NCBI GenBank assembly: GCA_003427395.1
Contig: BFEA01000006.1
Location: forward strand, 2,419,337 to 2,483,336
Reading direction: 5' to 3'
From: Chara braunii
Taxonomy: Eukaryota; Plantae; Charophyceae
Length of the DNA: 64,000 nt
In this document: one piece after another, positions 1 through 10,945 of the stretch
Layout of the letters: the number at the start of each line of letters is the position of its first letter
Numbering within the stretch: position 1 is the first letter of the stretch
Program-made: the position numbers and the translations under genes
The notes under the pieces: model-generated
Told to the model about the DNA's origin: nothing
The model's database searches: none
Seen by the model: only the letters and a program-made list of their open reading frames with translations

Positions 1-814
1 ATGAAGTCTAAGGGACAAGAAAGGGGAGGCGAGAGATCTTTTACGTGAACCCGACCTTGGGTCTTATCTGTAGTTAGACTCCCCTTCCCAATTTGACCCT
101 GATACTCCGATCGCTTCTCATACACCATTCACTGACCCAACATTCAGCTCACTGACATGCTCGTCCACACTAACGGGAGTGGACGGTACGCCACGCGACG
201 ATGACCCGATCACACCCAGTTCTAGAAAAGCTTAACCACAATCACATCCTGGTTGTACTTAATTACGAGTCCAGAAACCTTTACAACAAAAAAAATCAGG
301 ATCACGCATGGTTTAACAACTTCAAGAGCTAATATAATCTGTGACTTAGAACCTAAAAATCCAAGGGACGCATTAACGGTCCCCTCGCATCTGTTTTGCC
401 TAGCTTACGTTTTCTTGCACGTTCACACTGACCTTCTTCGAACACTACTTCACCTTCCCACTGACGTCGTCATCACCCATGCTCATTGTCACTCCTCACC
501 AGTGCATCGCTCAATTACATTTGCACACATCTCGCTACTGGTTCCTTTGCATCCGTTCACCACACGGACGATAATGAGTATAATGCCCCACCAATCATAC
601 ATTTGACAGTTCCGAGCGTGCAAGTTGAGTTCTCATCTGCTCAGAGGTAACCATGTTAACTACAACAAGTCCATGCGCTGGTGCGTGAGAGCCGACTACG
701 ATTAGGGTGAGAAGTGAAGTGATGCACAATCCTTGGTGAGTTGCCGCAAGCGTCAGCGAAAACGAAAGAGATGACAATCCCTTGAGTCAAGTCAGACTGT
801 CCTTCACGCAAACC

Positions 815-818
<4 letters not shown>

Positions 819-874
<56 letters not shown>
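819..874. repeat. (CT)n microsatellite, expanded relative to the right repeat copy
   Basis: About 27 CT units here; only a short CT run at the homologous site near 18891-18908. Confidence 0.9.
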
Positions 875-876
<2 letters not shown>

Positions 877-2151
877 GTCTCGTATGTCAGACATCGGAGG
901 GGTAATTTTAATGAACGCTCCTACAATGATTGAGTAAGGTACTAATGATGGAAAAATAAGAGAAAACGGGTATCTTCCTTAGCCATAGCGAGGATCCGGT
1001 ATTTCCAGTGGCATCGCGCGTGCCAACCAATAAGCGAAATTTGGTGTCTACAAAGAGGCGACACTCTGTAGTTACCCAGCAGGAGACTGATGATGTTGCC
1101 CTATGAAAATGTATGCCCCCGCAAAAGAGTTGTACACGTGGCTCGTTGCTATCACAGGCAAGCAGGGAGACCATGTAGACAAGATAGTTGGTGACGACAA
1201 CGGCCCAAGAAGTACTCGTCTCTCTCTCTATCTACCTGTTTGACCTCCTTCCTGCCTACTCATGCGAACCACACACGTTACCAGTGCCCCTTCTCACCTC
1301 ACTTCTCTTATCACCTCCTTACTCCTAGTCGGGTTTTCAGCTTGCTCGAATACCATTCGTCTCCCACACTGACATCACCGTTCTGATCGTGCCTGACTGT
1401 CTTTTGGCCAGAGAGGGAGAGTCGTACGCCACACTAAGATTCTCGAGATAAAGGGGTACAAACGCGCCAATTAGATTTCTTCGTTTCTTGCTTAAACTCC
1501 TATCCCCTGGAACAATGTGAAAACCCATTATAGCTCAATACGCGCAGAACATCACGCGAGAACGTGAAGGCAGCAGTTGACGTCACCTGCACTGCGCTAG
1601 CTCGTGCTCCGCTCATCCGCGTCGTTCCCCTTCCGTTGACCCCCTTGTCACTGCTCCGGGGCTGCTACGTGTCATCGCCCGTACCTCCTCTCTAACTCCC
1701 ACATTCGAAAACTCTCGTGCTCTGCTTGCTCGCGGGATCAGCATTAACCTCTGCCATGGAGCTACGCTCCCCTTTGTGATTCCTCTCGCATGAGTTGACC
1801 TCCGAGGGACTTCTCTCTCTCTCCCTCTCGGTCATACAGTCCTCTATAACCGCCTCTCGCACGCCGTCCTCTACCAATCTCGAGTTCTCGATGGCCTAGT
1901 CCTCTCCTCACTCACGCCCTCAACACACGATGCCTCACTAGCAGTCCGGCCAGAGCACGCGCATTAACCCCTTCCCTCCTGCTCATTCGACGCGGCTACC
2001 ATAGTGGCCGCTATTCACTGCCCAACGAAGTCAGGTTGACGTCAATGAATAGTCTCTCGGTCGCCACCGCTTGCGTCCCTCTCACTCTCTGCGTCTTTTT
2101 CACACGTGTTGACCTCTGGGGTACTCTCTCTCTCTCTCCCCCACTTGTCGA

Positions 2152-2775
2152 TCACACACCTTTCTTTCCTTTACCTCCCGCCTTTTCTGTCTCGTGCCCT
2201 CTTGGACTCCGCTGTCGCGAGCTGGCCTCGGGCCCGCCTTCCACAAGCTGTGCCTGGGGGTGTTTCTTGCGAACCTGGTCCGACCTATTCCAAGATTGGA
2301 GATCGGTCTCCCAGTCTCCAGCCTCACTCATCTCATTCTCTCCCCCTGAGTCCCTGTCCAGGTGGGCCTGTTCTCGGCCCACCGTGTCTGCTGAGGTCTC
2401 AGTCTCATGATATGAGACCATTACTTGCATCCTCGCCGTCACCCCGTCTCTCCTGCAGCATCGCTCAGCCCGATCCTTGGCTTCCTTAATAGCATCTTGC
2501 AGCCTCGGGTTAGTCCTCATTTCCTCCTCCTTAGCCCCTTCCACATTAACCTTTAGTCTCAGTTCATCTCCCCCATCATAATTGAGCAGCACCGTAATCC
2601 AGGGCCCTTCCCCAGACATGGGCTTCCAGCGAGTCTGGAGGTACCAGTAGCCTAGTGTATAGTCGTGCAGTGCCATAGCCAGACTTTTCTCAGCATCCCT
2701 TGCACCAGCCAAGCCTGCCGCTCCTGAGTAGTCAGGACCAAACCACTCAGCGCGTAAGCAAACGCACACTGGCAA
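2152..2775 (-). CDS. Hypothetical 207-aa ORF in the segment unique to the left repeat copy
   Basis: Open frame with globular-looking composition (LHDYTLGYWYLQTRW...WITVLLNYDGGDELRLKVNV); weak resemblance to the leader repeat domain. Confidence 0.35.
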   Translation of the reverse strand: MPVCVCLRAEWFGPDYSGAAGLAGARDAEKSLAMALHDYTLGYWYLQTRWKPMSGEGPWITVLLNYDGGDELRLKVNVEGAKEEEMRTNPRLQDAIKEAKDRAERCCRRDGVTARMQVMVSYHETETSADTVGREQAHLDRDSGGENEMSEAGDWETDLQSWNRSDQVRKKHPQAQLVEGGPEASSRQRSPRGHETEKAGGKGKKGV

Positions 2776-4030
2776 TCTCTCGTTCGCCCGCTAAGGTCGC
2801 CTAGCCTTCTACCTGGAATAAGCCAGTACTCAGCATAGCGAGGTCACTTAGGCCTAGCTTGCTAATGCCAACCTCCTTTTCCTCTTATAAAATTTTCGCC
2901 TACCATGATCCCCACGCTCTAGACGAGGAATCAAACTAATAAATTCAATTAATAAAATAAAAGAAAATACTCTATTAAGAGAAAAAAGTTAAAACCCAAC
3001 AGACAACAGGGAAAATTAAAAGTAGTACGCCAACGGTCGTAGTGCCAGCCTTTGCACGAAAGGACCCCTACGCTTAGCGCGATGGTCCCATAACGGGACC
3101 CCGACCGACGTTCCCCTCGCTTTAAAATGAACCACCGGCCTATCTCTTTCGGGTACTCGTGTCCGATGGCAAGGAGGGGGTTGATGACCTCCTATAAGGG
3201 GTGATGAGCTTCCTACCGATGCGGCCGCGGGTCGCCCCTCTTTTGGGGCCCTTTTTCGCAAAGCCCTGTCAGACAGGCCTGGCACAGGGAATCAGCGCCA
3301 AAATTGGGCCAGTCTGAACCATCAGACGAGGATCGCGCTTCAGAATTGACCCGTTGCCACCTTGAGATGACAGGCCAAAGGAAATCCGAGTCTGACAATT
3401 CGTGCAGGAAGGAAAATCAAATAATAATAATAATAATGATAAAGGGAAAAAGAAAACTCAGCGATACCGTGACCAGTTGTCGCTGGATTACTTCGAATTA
3501 AAACAACAGCCTTGATCTGCGCGCCCACTCTGACGCTCAATTTTCTTTTCGCTTTTACATTTTGTTTCCTTTCGTTTTCTTTTGTTCAACCTATTTTCTT
3601 TTTGACAGTGACCTGTTTTCGTGTACCTATCCCATAACCTATCCAGGGAGCGATTGGCGCGCAGCAGAAACGACAGCACCAATTTTTTCATCTTCGCGTC
3701 CCAGGGTGAGCCCGGCGGCTACCACAACCACAGGCCGGTAGTGTTCTGCTGTACAGTAGGGCGCTGAGCCTGCATGGACCAAAGGAAAGCCCTGTGGCGC
3801 ACCCTTTTGTAGAGGGCAAGCACCTACAGGCCGGTCCATTCCAAGACACCACCCCAGTATCTCAGCATTATTGTGGAGGTTAGGCAACGGACTAAGCCAC
3901 TACACGTCCGAAGCACCGGTACCAATCAGAGACTTGGCGCACAAAGGAGGGCCGGGACACCTCGCCCCTCGACATGATACCAAACCCCCACCCAGTGTCC
4001 CCGTTGGGTTGAAACTCGTGGGGCGCTTAG

Positions 4031-4037
4031 TATAAAG
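4031..4037 (+). promoter_or_regulatory. Putative TATA box for the antisense ORF
   Basis: TATAAAG about 25-30 nt upstream of an initiator-like CTCATTCA, followed by a pyrimidine-rich leader and CACC-ATG at 4307. Confidence 0.45.
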
Positions 4038-4306
4038 CAGCGCTTAGTTTAAGACTCTCATTCATCTTTTGCGTATCGCCGCGACTCGTCGTAGTATTTT
4101 GCGGTCGTCAACCTTTTTATGTCGTAGCATCTTCTTCTCTCTTTCTCCTTCTTTACACAGCGTCTTCTTCTCTTTCCTTCTCTCTCTCTTATCGTGCATG
4201 CGACATCGCTGCGTGGTCTACGCCGCTACCTTTGCCCCCTTTGTAGCTTCCTTTGTTGTTCATCTCTCTCTGTTTCGTCTCCTTAATCAGCGCTCGATCT
4301 CACACC

Positions 4307-4819
4307 ATGCCTGAGGCTCGTAGGGGACAGGGAAGAGGAAGGGGTGGTAGAGGAGGGAAGGCACGTGAAGAGTCGCCGGCTCGTGCACGGCGCGAATATA
4401 GTTCGGAGGAGGAGGAAGACGAGCGACATGGCTATGGTGCTCAGTCGAGACCTTACCCTCGCCAGTCACTGCCAACGTGGTGCGAAAGAACTCCATCCCC
4501 AGATAAGATGGAGTACTTCCATAAGAAGTTCGATGCTCGCTACGGCGCGCCCAACACTTCCTCTCCTCCCTATACTCCCAGAGCTCCCATCACTCCCACG
4601 ACGAGTAGAGCCCTGGTAACCATCCCTCCTGCTCTATGCACAGCTCCCTCTATCCCTCATCCCAATGGTTGTACTCTTTCCTACATCTTCTTCCTTCTCG
4701 TCTTACTTCAGGTTGAGTTCATGATTGTTTTCTATATCCTGTACAAACGCAATTTCCTCTCGAATTTCTATTTTTTTTTTTTTTTTAAGCCCTATAGTGT
4801 CCCTGGCTTGAGCGTTTGA
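4307..4819 (+). CDS. Gypsy antisense accessory ORF, 170 aa (RGG N-terminus, acidic tract, Pro-rich linker, C-terminal hydrophobic helix)
   Basis: Intact frame from CACC-ATG; protein-level homologue at 38546-39064 (GRGRGGR.GK, EEEE, W.E..PSP..M.Y...K....YGAP, hydrophobic-QVE). Confidence 0.75.
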   Translation: MPEARRGQGRGRGGRGGKAREESPARARREYSSEEEEDERHGYGAQSRPYPRQSLPTWCERTPSPDKMEYFHKKFDARYGAPNTSSPPYTPRAPITPTTSRALVTIPPALCTAPSIPHPNGCTLSYIFFLLVLLQVEFMIVFYILYKRNFLSNFYFFFFFKPYSVPGLSV

Positions 4820-5077
4820 ACACCTTAAAGTCGCGGATGCAGGTTCTTCGTGAAACAGGCCGCTTCTCGGCCACCAAAATAAATTTAAGAAGGATTATGT
4901 TCTCACTTTCTCGTTTGCTGCTAGTTCTGACCTCTTGTCATTCTGAAATCTGTTCTCAATCGGAATTTTTATAGCAGAACAAGGTTACCTTAACCTTCAC
5001 TTTGACTGTAAAATCGAAACATTGTCAGTCTGATACCAGTGCTTGGGACACTTGTCCAATCTGCCACTTTGGGAGTA

Positions 5078-5250
5078 GGGCATACCAAACCCATTTCCTG
5101 CTCTCTGGCTTGATGAAGATACCTTCCCAACTTCTCAAGTGACTCAGGGGATACCAAACCCTGTTTTCTTTTTCTGGTACGAGTGAGGCGTCTCCTAAAC
5201 TCCTCAGATAAAAGGAATGGGATACCAAACCCTTGTTCTTTTCTCTGGTC
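5078..5250. repeat. Three copies of a ~30-nt motif (GG.ATACCAAACCC...TT.....TCTGG) at ~70-nt period with unrelated spacers
   Basis: ATACCAAACC at 5082, 5151 and 5222. Confidence 0.8.
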
Positions 5251-6340
5251 TGGGAACTTCAAATAAGTATTTTTATAACTGCAAAACAGTGAGTTACACA
5301 AACAACCAGATTATGCAGGCTCCCTGTCAATTAACAACCAAACAACAAGTAAACAAAATAAAACCCCAAAATAAAATAAAATAATAAAATAATAAAAAAT
5401 AATAAAATAATAGACATAATAAGACAATCCTTCACACCCAAGAGTTATTGATTGCCTTGATTTTGACCCACCACTAGCCAAGAATGACAGACGTCCCGTC
5501 AGTCTGACATACCTCATTCGGCCCGCCTCAGGTCGAGACTAGTCAGACCATTTGCCTTGACAACCCCTTTGACCTGCCTCCAGATCAGGACCAGCATACC
5601 CACTACTCGAGTATGGCAGCCTTTTGGCACTCTTGCCAGGACACCCAGACTATAGCGGGTCTGGTCACCCTATGACAGTAGACCTCCCGTCAGTCAGAAA
5701 GTCCCGAACCTGGATTTGACCACTGCGGTCGGGGACTGGCTCACCCACCAGTTTTTGGCCTAAGGCGCTGGTTGCCTCGATCAGATTTTTGAACGTGGGA
5801 CCCGGTCTAACCACGGTTCCAGGCTCTGGCGAACCTCACTGGATTGCATCCTTTGACTGCGGTAGGGTTTCAGCTAACCCCTTTCGACCTCATAGATCAG
5901 ACCCCAGAGTCTTAGCCTCAGTTGACTACGGAATTCGACACTCGCGTCGGGGACCTGCTGACCCCACCAGATTGCAACCTATTGCGGTAAGGCTCTGGCT
6001 GACTCCGGCAATCAATGCATCTTTAGGTTAAAGAAGAAGACCCCAGGCACAGACAATGAGACAAGCATATCATAACCCACAAGCAGACTGCCCATGCCCC
6101 ATAACATGACGAACACTTCTCAAGAGACATCACTTCAGTGTCAAGAGGGACTGAACAGCAACATGATAACCGGCACCAAGCCCTTACAAGAAACTTCCCT
6201 TCATTCTCAAGAAGGATGCTTAGTGCTGGCCCCAGAGAGGTCCCTTCCCTCAGCTGGGAATTTCTCTTCCAAGAGACGTCCCGTCAGTCCCAAAGAAATA
6301 CTGAAATGCTGATCTAAGAGAGGTCCCCTCATCTGAGTGA

Positions 6341-6530
6341 AGACAGACAACTTAGTTAAGAAACACAAAGCCCCTCTAGCGACAACTCTCAGTCAAGTAA
6401 AGTTGGACTTCTTTATGCCTGTCCTCGTCAGAATTTCTTGGATAGACAACTTAGTCAGAGACACGAAGTCCTTCTGCTGACAACGCTTAATCAGACAGAA
6501 CTGAACTTTTTTATGCCCATCATGCTTTTC
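6341..6530. repeat. Degenerate ~99-bp tandem duplication in the Gypsy 3' region
   Basis: AGACAACTTAGT...GACAAC...TTTATGCC occurs twice. Confidence 0.6.
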
Positions 6531-6849
6531 TCTTTATCATATGAATAATATTAATTACATTTTCTGATGTGCCACAACCATGTGTTCCACGGATCTTTAA
6601 CACTGCGTCAATGCTCACAAGAACTGTATCTCACAGTTATTTGGAACTTAGCACTTATGGATCGATTGTAGCACTGCATCAAGTATATAGTCTTATTAAC
6701 TTCATTGCTTACTGAAACATAATATTAATTGACATGCTGGAAAATTGAAATGGCGAGCCATGCAAAAATGATCATAGTCTGCCGAAAATTCAGTCATGTT
6801 GTCTCATTGTCTTACTGTACTTTTATCTCAGTTCTCTGGAACTGTTCTC

Positions 6850-9800
6850 TCACTTGGATGACTGACCTTTCTTTCCTCTCTTTGAGATCAATGTAGGGAT
6901 CGGATCACGGTCTCTGAAAATGAACTTACGAAGTCTTGACCTCGATACCATGTCATGAACCCTGGATCCATCAATTTTTGATATCTCATAGACTTTGCTC
7001 TCTGCTTCTCCTGTAATTCTGTAGGGACCAATCCATCTGGGTTCCAATCGTTTAGTTCACTGAGTCTCAAGAGAACTATCGAACAGAAGGACAATGTCAC
7101 CAAATTTCAGTTTCTCTTTTCTTATATATCTTTTCTTGTTCCATCTCTCTTGATCTGACAATCTGCTGGATGTCATTCTCTCTGCAGCATCCATCATTGC
7201 TTGATCAATTTCTGATAGTTGTCTTATTCTGATCTGGTGGAGCTCTGAAATATAGTAGTCTCTGTCACTTTCTTGACTTGACCATGTCTTGACTATGTTC
7301 TCAATAGGCAATGTAGCATATCGGTCATACCACAAAGTAAATGAAGCATAGTCAGTAGTCCTCTTGACTGTTATGTTGTCAGCATAGACAACAACTCTCA
7401 ATACTCTTGGCCAATTATTGAGATTTCCTTCACACCACTTGGCCAATGAATCTTTCAAGGTCCTGTGACCTCTTTCGACTGGTGCATTCGCTTGAGGATG
7501 GTAAGTAGTCACATACCGAATTCTGACACCCAATCAGAGAGTGATCCTTCTTACAATCTCATTTCTAACCTCTGATCCTCTGTCTAAGACAAACTCTCTG
7601 ATGAAAGGATACATGAGATAGGCTTCTTCTATCCAGTCAGCCACTTGCTCGGTTGTCTTCCTTTTCATACCTTTTGCCTCAACATATCCAGATAAATTAT
7701 CTCTCATGTTCAATATATATCTCATCCCGCCCTTGCCTAATGGCATGGTGATGAGATCTAAACGAACTCTGTTGCCTGCTTCTACCAAAATAGTGGAAAA
7801 TAAAGGTTCAATCATTCTTGTGGTAGACCTGTTCTGACATAACACACATGATTTACAAAATTTGAAAATCATGTCTTTCATGCCAGGCCAGAAGTAGAGT
7901 TCGACAGTCTTAGAGTAAGTTGCCTCAGCAGCTCTGTGGCCACCTGCAACCCCCTCATGTAGAGCAGCAATTATCTATAATTGTCTCTCTTTACCACAGA
8001 CCACTCTTAGTAGAGGTAGTCCCCTTTTTAATCTGAACTTCTTCCTTGAATTTTTACAATAATATTCCTTTAGCTGTTCTCTTTCCATCTTCTTACCAAT
8101 CTCTTGATAACTTTCATCGTATTCTTCAGAAATGAAAAATATCTCTTCCTTCTTCTTTTCACCTTCTTTTTCTTCCTTTGAACCAGAGTTTTCCCCCATT
8201 TCATGAGCAGTCACTGCTGCAGCGTTAACTCTAGCATACCAATCATTTGACTCATCATTTTTCTTTTTCCCAAGAATTGACTCATAAATATAGGCATGAG
8301 GGATCTCTCCCCAACTGTCTCTCTCGTCATGCCACAAACTCCACTTATAGAAGCGTGGTACTTCATCATCTTCATCATCCTCATTCAAAAATTTATCAAC
8401 ATAGGCTGATTCTTCAATCGATCCGTTTACATCTTCTTTTTCTTCCTTTCTCCACTCAATCCGGCTTAGGCCATCTGCTCTGTTCTTCTCAGTAAAAATC
8501 TTTTCTAGCTTAAAATGAAAAGTCCAGATGAAGGCAATCCACCTGCTGACTGTTGGATCTACTTGCTGGTGCTTCTTAATGACACCAATCACAACAGATG
8601 CATCAGTCCTCAGGATGAATCTCCTCCCTAGTACATAGTGCCTGAAGCATCTGAGGCTATGAATAATCGCCAGCAAGTCTTTTCTGAATTGAGTATATCC
8701 TCTTTCTGTAGAGTTAAGAGTCCTGCTCTCAAAGCTCAGAGACCTCTCTTTCTCATTCTCATCTTTCTGAATTAGCACACCACGCAGAGCAACTGGTCCT
8801 CCATCAACCTCAATGATGAAAGGTCTCCCTTCCTCATCATCATAAAAAGACACTCCTGGCACTACACCCCCATCTTTTAATTTCTCCTGTAGAGTTTTTG
8901 CAGCGACTTATCTTTTCTCATTCCATGCTGAATTAACCCCTTGCCTTACCATCTCCCTCAGAGGCTCTGCAAGGGTAGCAAAATGAGGAATAAAAATCCT
9001 ATCGAATCCCCAGACACCCGAGAAGCTCCTGACATCTGTCACTCTCTTGAGTGGCAGGGGACAGTTGAAGATCTTGTCTATGTTTTTGGGGTCAGGACTT
9101 CTAACCTTGGAGAAACATCTAAAGTCCAAGATGATTACTTCTGGCTGAAAAAGAAGAGACTTCGATCCACTGGCAGCCTGGTTATATTTTTGAAGTCTCT
9201 CTATGACCATTTTCACTCCTTCAGCGTGTTCCCAGACAAACTTTCTGACTCCACCTGCGACTAAAGTCTCATCCCTTACTAGGGGTCCTTTCACAGGGTT
9301 GTCATCAATATAGGGGCTGATTATTTCAGGAAAAATATCTTGCATGATTTGGAGCATATCCCTTTGAACCACTGCCACACCATTAGTTCAACCCTGAGGT
9401 ACCACACACATCTGAATGAGTCCTCTTGGCGTGTGCATGACATTCATTGGCCGACTAGTGGGATCAATGAGAAACTGATCATAGTCAGAATATAAATCAA
9501 CTAAGGAATAAATGCATCGACCAGCAAAAGATTCAGAGAGGAGATCTGCATTAGGAAGACTACCTTTGTCACATACTGTCACAGAGTTGAGTTTCTGAAG
9601 ATTCTGTATCCATCTGAATCCACCCGCTGGTTTCCAAAATAAAACCAGTGGTTAGCATACGGTCCATCAGCAGGTTCAACAACGTTAGAAGCAATCTTTT
9701 TGTCAAGATATTTTACAACCTCTTCTTCTTCTTTCAGGGCATACTTGGTCGGCCTATAATTCCATGGAACATGATCAACTGTCGAAATTTTGACCATCTT

Positions 9801-10945
9801 GATCATATCCACATCCAACCGCCCTCTCTCTTCATCATTAAAGGAGAATGCACCTGAGAATTTCTGACAGATTTTGAAGATATATTATTTCTCTTTAGGC
9901 AGGATAACCTGATCCGAGTCTATCTTCATTGTGTCAAATCTCTCTTTGGTGACCCTATTCCCTAATTTTGCAGACTCTCTCAATGCTTTAATAATCTTTT
10001 TTTTTTTTTTTCAGTGCTTCATCATAATCCTTTTCTGTTAGGACTGCCACCGACTTTTTCTTCACCCCCTTGGGCTTATATTTTCTCTTTGACCTAGTGG
10101 CTATTTTCCTAAAAAAGGATGAGTCGATGCAAATTTTAATTACATTTTTCCTCCCTTAGCAGTCTCTACAACTTTCGTAAATGCTTCAATTGTCCATCTT
10201 CATCTTTGAGATAACCAAGGGCCTTTATCATTTTTGAAACTTGATTAATAGCCACTGAAATTTCTTCTTTTACCTCTTGTTTGCCTTCTTCTCTCAGTCT
10301 CCTAATCTTTTCAGTAGACTCTTCCTTTCTGATTGAATTAGCAGATAATCGATGTTTGAAATCATTTTTAGTGCAGACCATAAAAGTGTGTTCCTGAGCA
10401 GTCTCAGGATCTTGTAGGTCGATCCAAGAGGACCCCTTATGACCGAAAAATTGGACAGCCTCCATTCTATGCAAGAATGAAGTGCCAAAAATACAATCAT
10501 GGTCCAGTTCCGACACTACAAAACCCAATAGTTCAACTTACATGGTCCCAACCCTGATAGGCAGATTGTCAATAAACCCTGCCACAAAAAACTCTCCTGC
10601 AATATCACTCAGTATGTTTTGTGCAGGTCTATCAATAGATAAGTCGCAAGCCTCCATTGTTCTCCGAGAAAGGAGTATCATCTCTGCCCCAGAGTCCACT
10701 AAGGCTCGAATTTTCACTTGATTAATATAAATGGTCAGGTGTCCGCATCCCATGGTTGCAAATCTCATCTTGCAACCTGACAGTGATCTGTTCACCTGAC
10801 TGAAAAAGATTGATCTCAAATAATTAGCCTCTAATTTATTCTTCTCTATCAGCTTCTCTAGCTCTTCTCTCAGCTTAGGTGCCAGAGTCATTGCTTCTTT
10901 GAAGGACAGGGTCTCTTTTGTCTCTTCCAACATTTTAGTAATCAC
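6850..10945 (-). pseudogene. pol: Gypsy pol (protease, RT, RNase H, integrase) broken by stops and frameshifts
   Basis: PR: ALVDSGAE. RT: SLVDLYSDYDQF and PYIDDNPVKGP. RH: IEVDGGP, FESRTL, LRTDA, RADGLSR. INT: HHCC (LHEGVAGGH...CVLCQ), DLITMP, LDRGSE, HPQANAPVERGH, PRWIGPY. Confidence 0.95.

Larger units (their letters stand above)
1..3974 (-). repeat. Long terminal-type direct repeat, left copy (3' LTR, or 5' part of a nested related element)
   Basis: Colinear with 18054-20675 at roughly 92-95% identity by eye (3 mismatches in the first 60 nt). Homology ends sharply at CGACA (3974 and 20675). It carries about 1.35 kb (1750-3098) that the right copy lacks. Confidence 0.85.

Noticed and set aside
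5029-5040. TGGTATCAGA as the element's true PBS
   Set aside because: It lies 3' of integrase, and I found no copy of the adjacent 5040-6800 sequence upstream of gag that would make it an LTR.
5078-5250. CRISPR-like repeat-spacer pattern
   Set aside because: Only three degenerate repeats, eukaryotic TE context and no cas genes; kept as a cis-motif finding instead.
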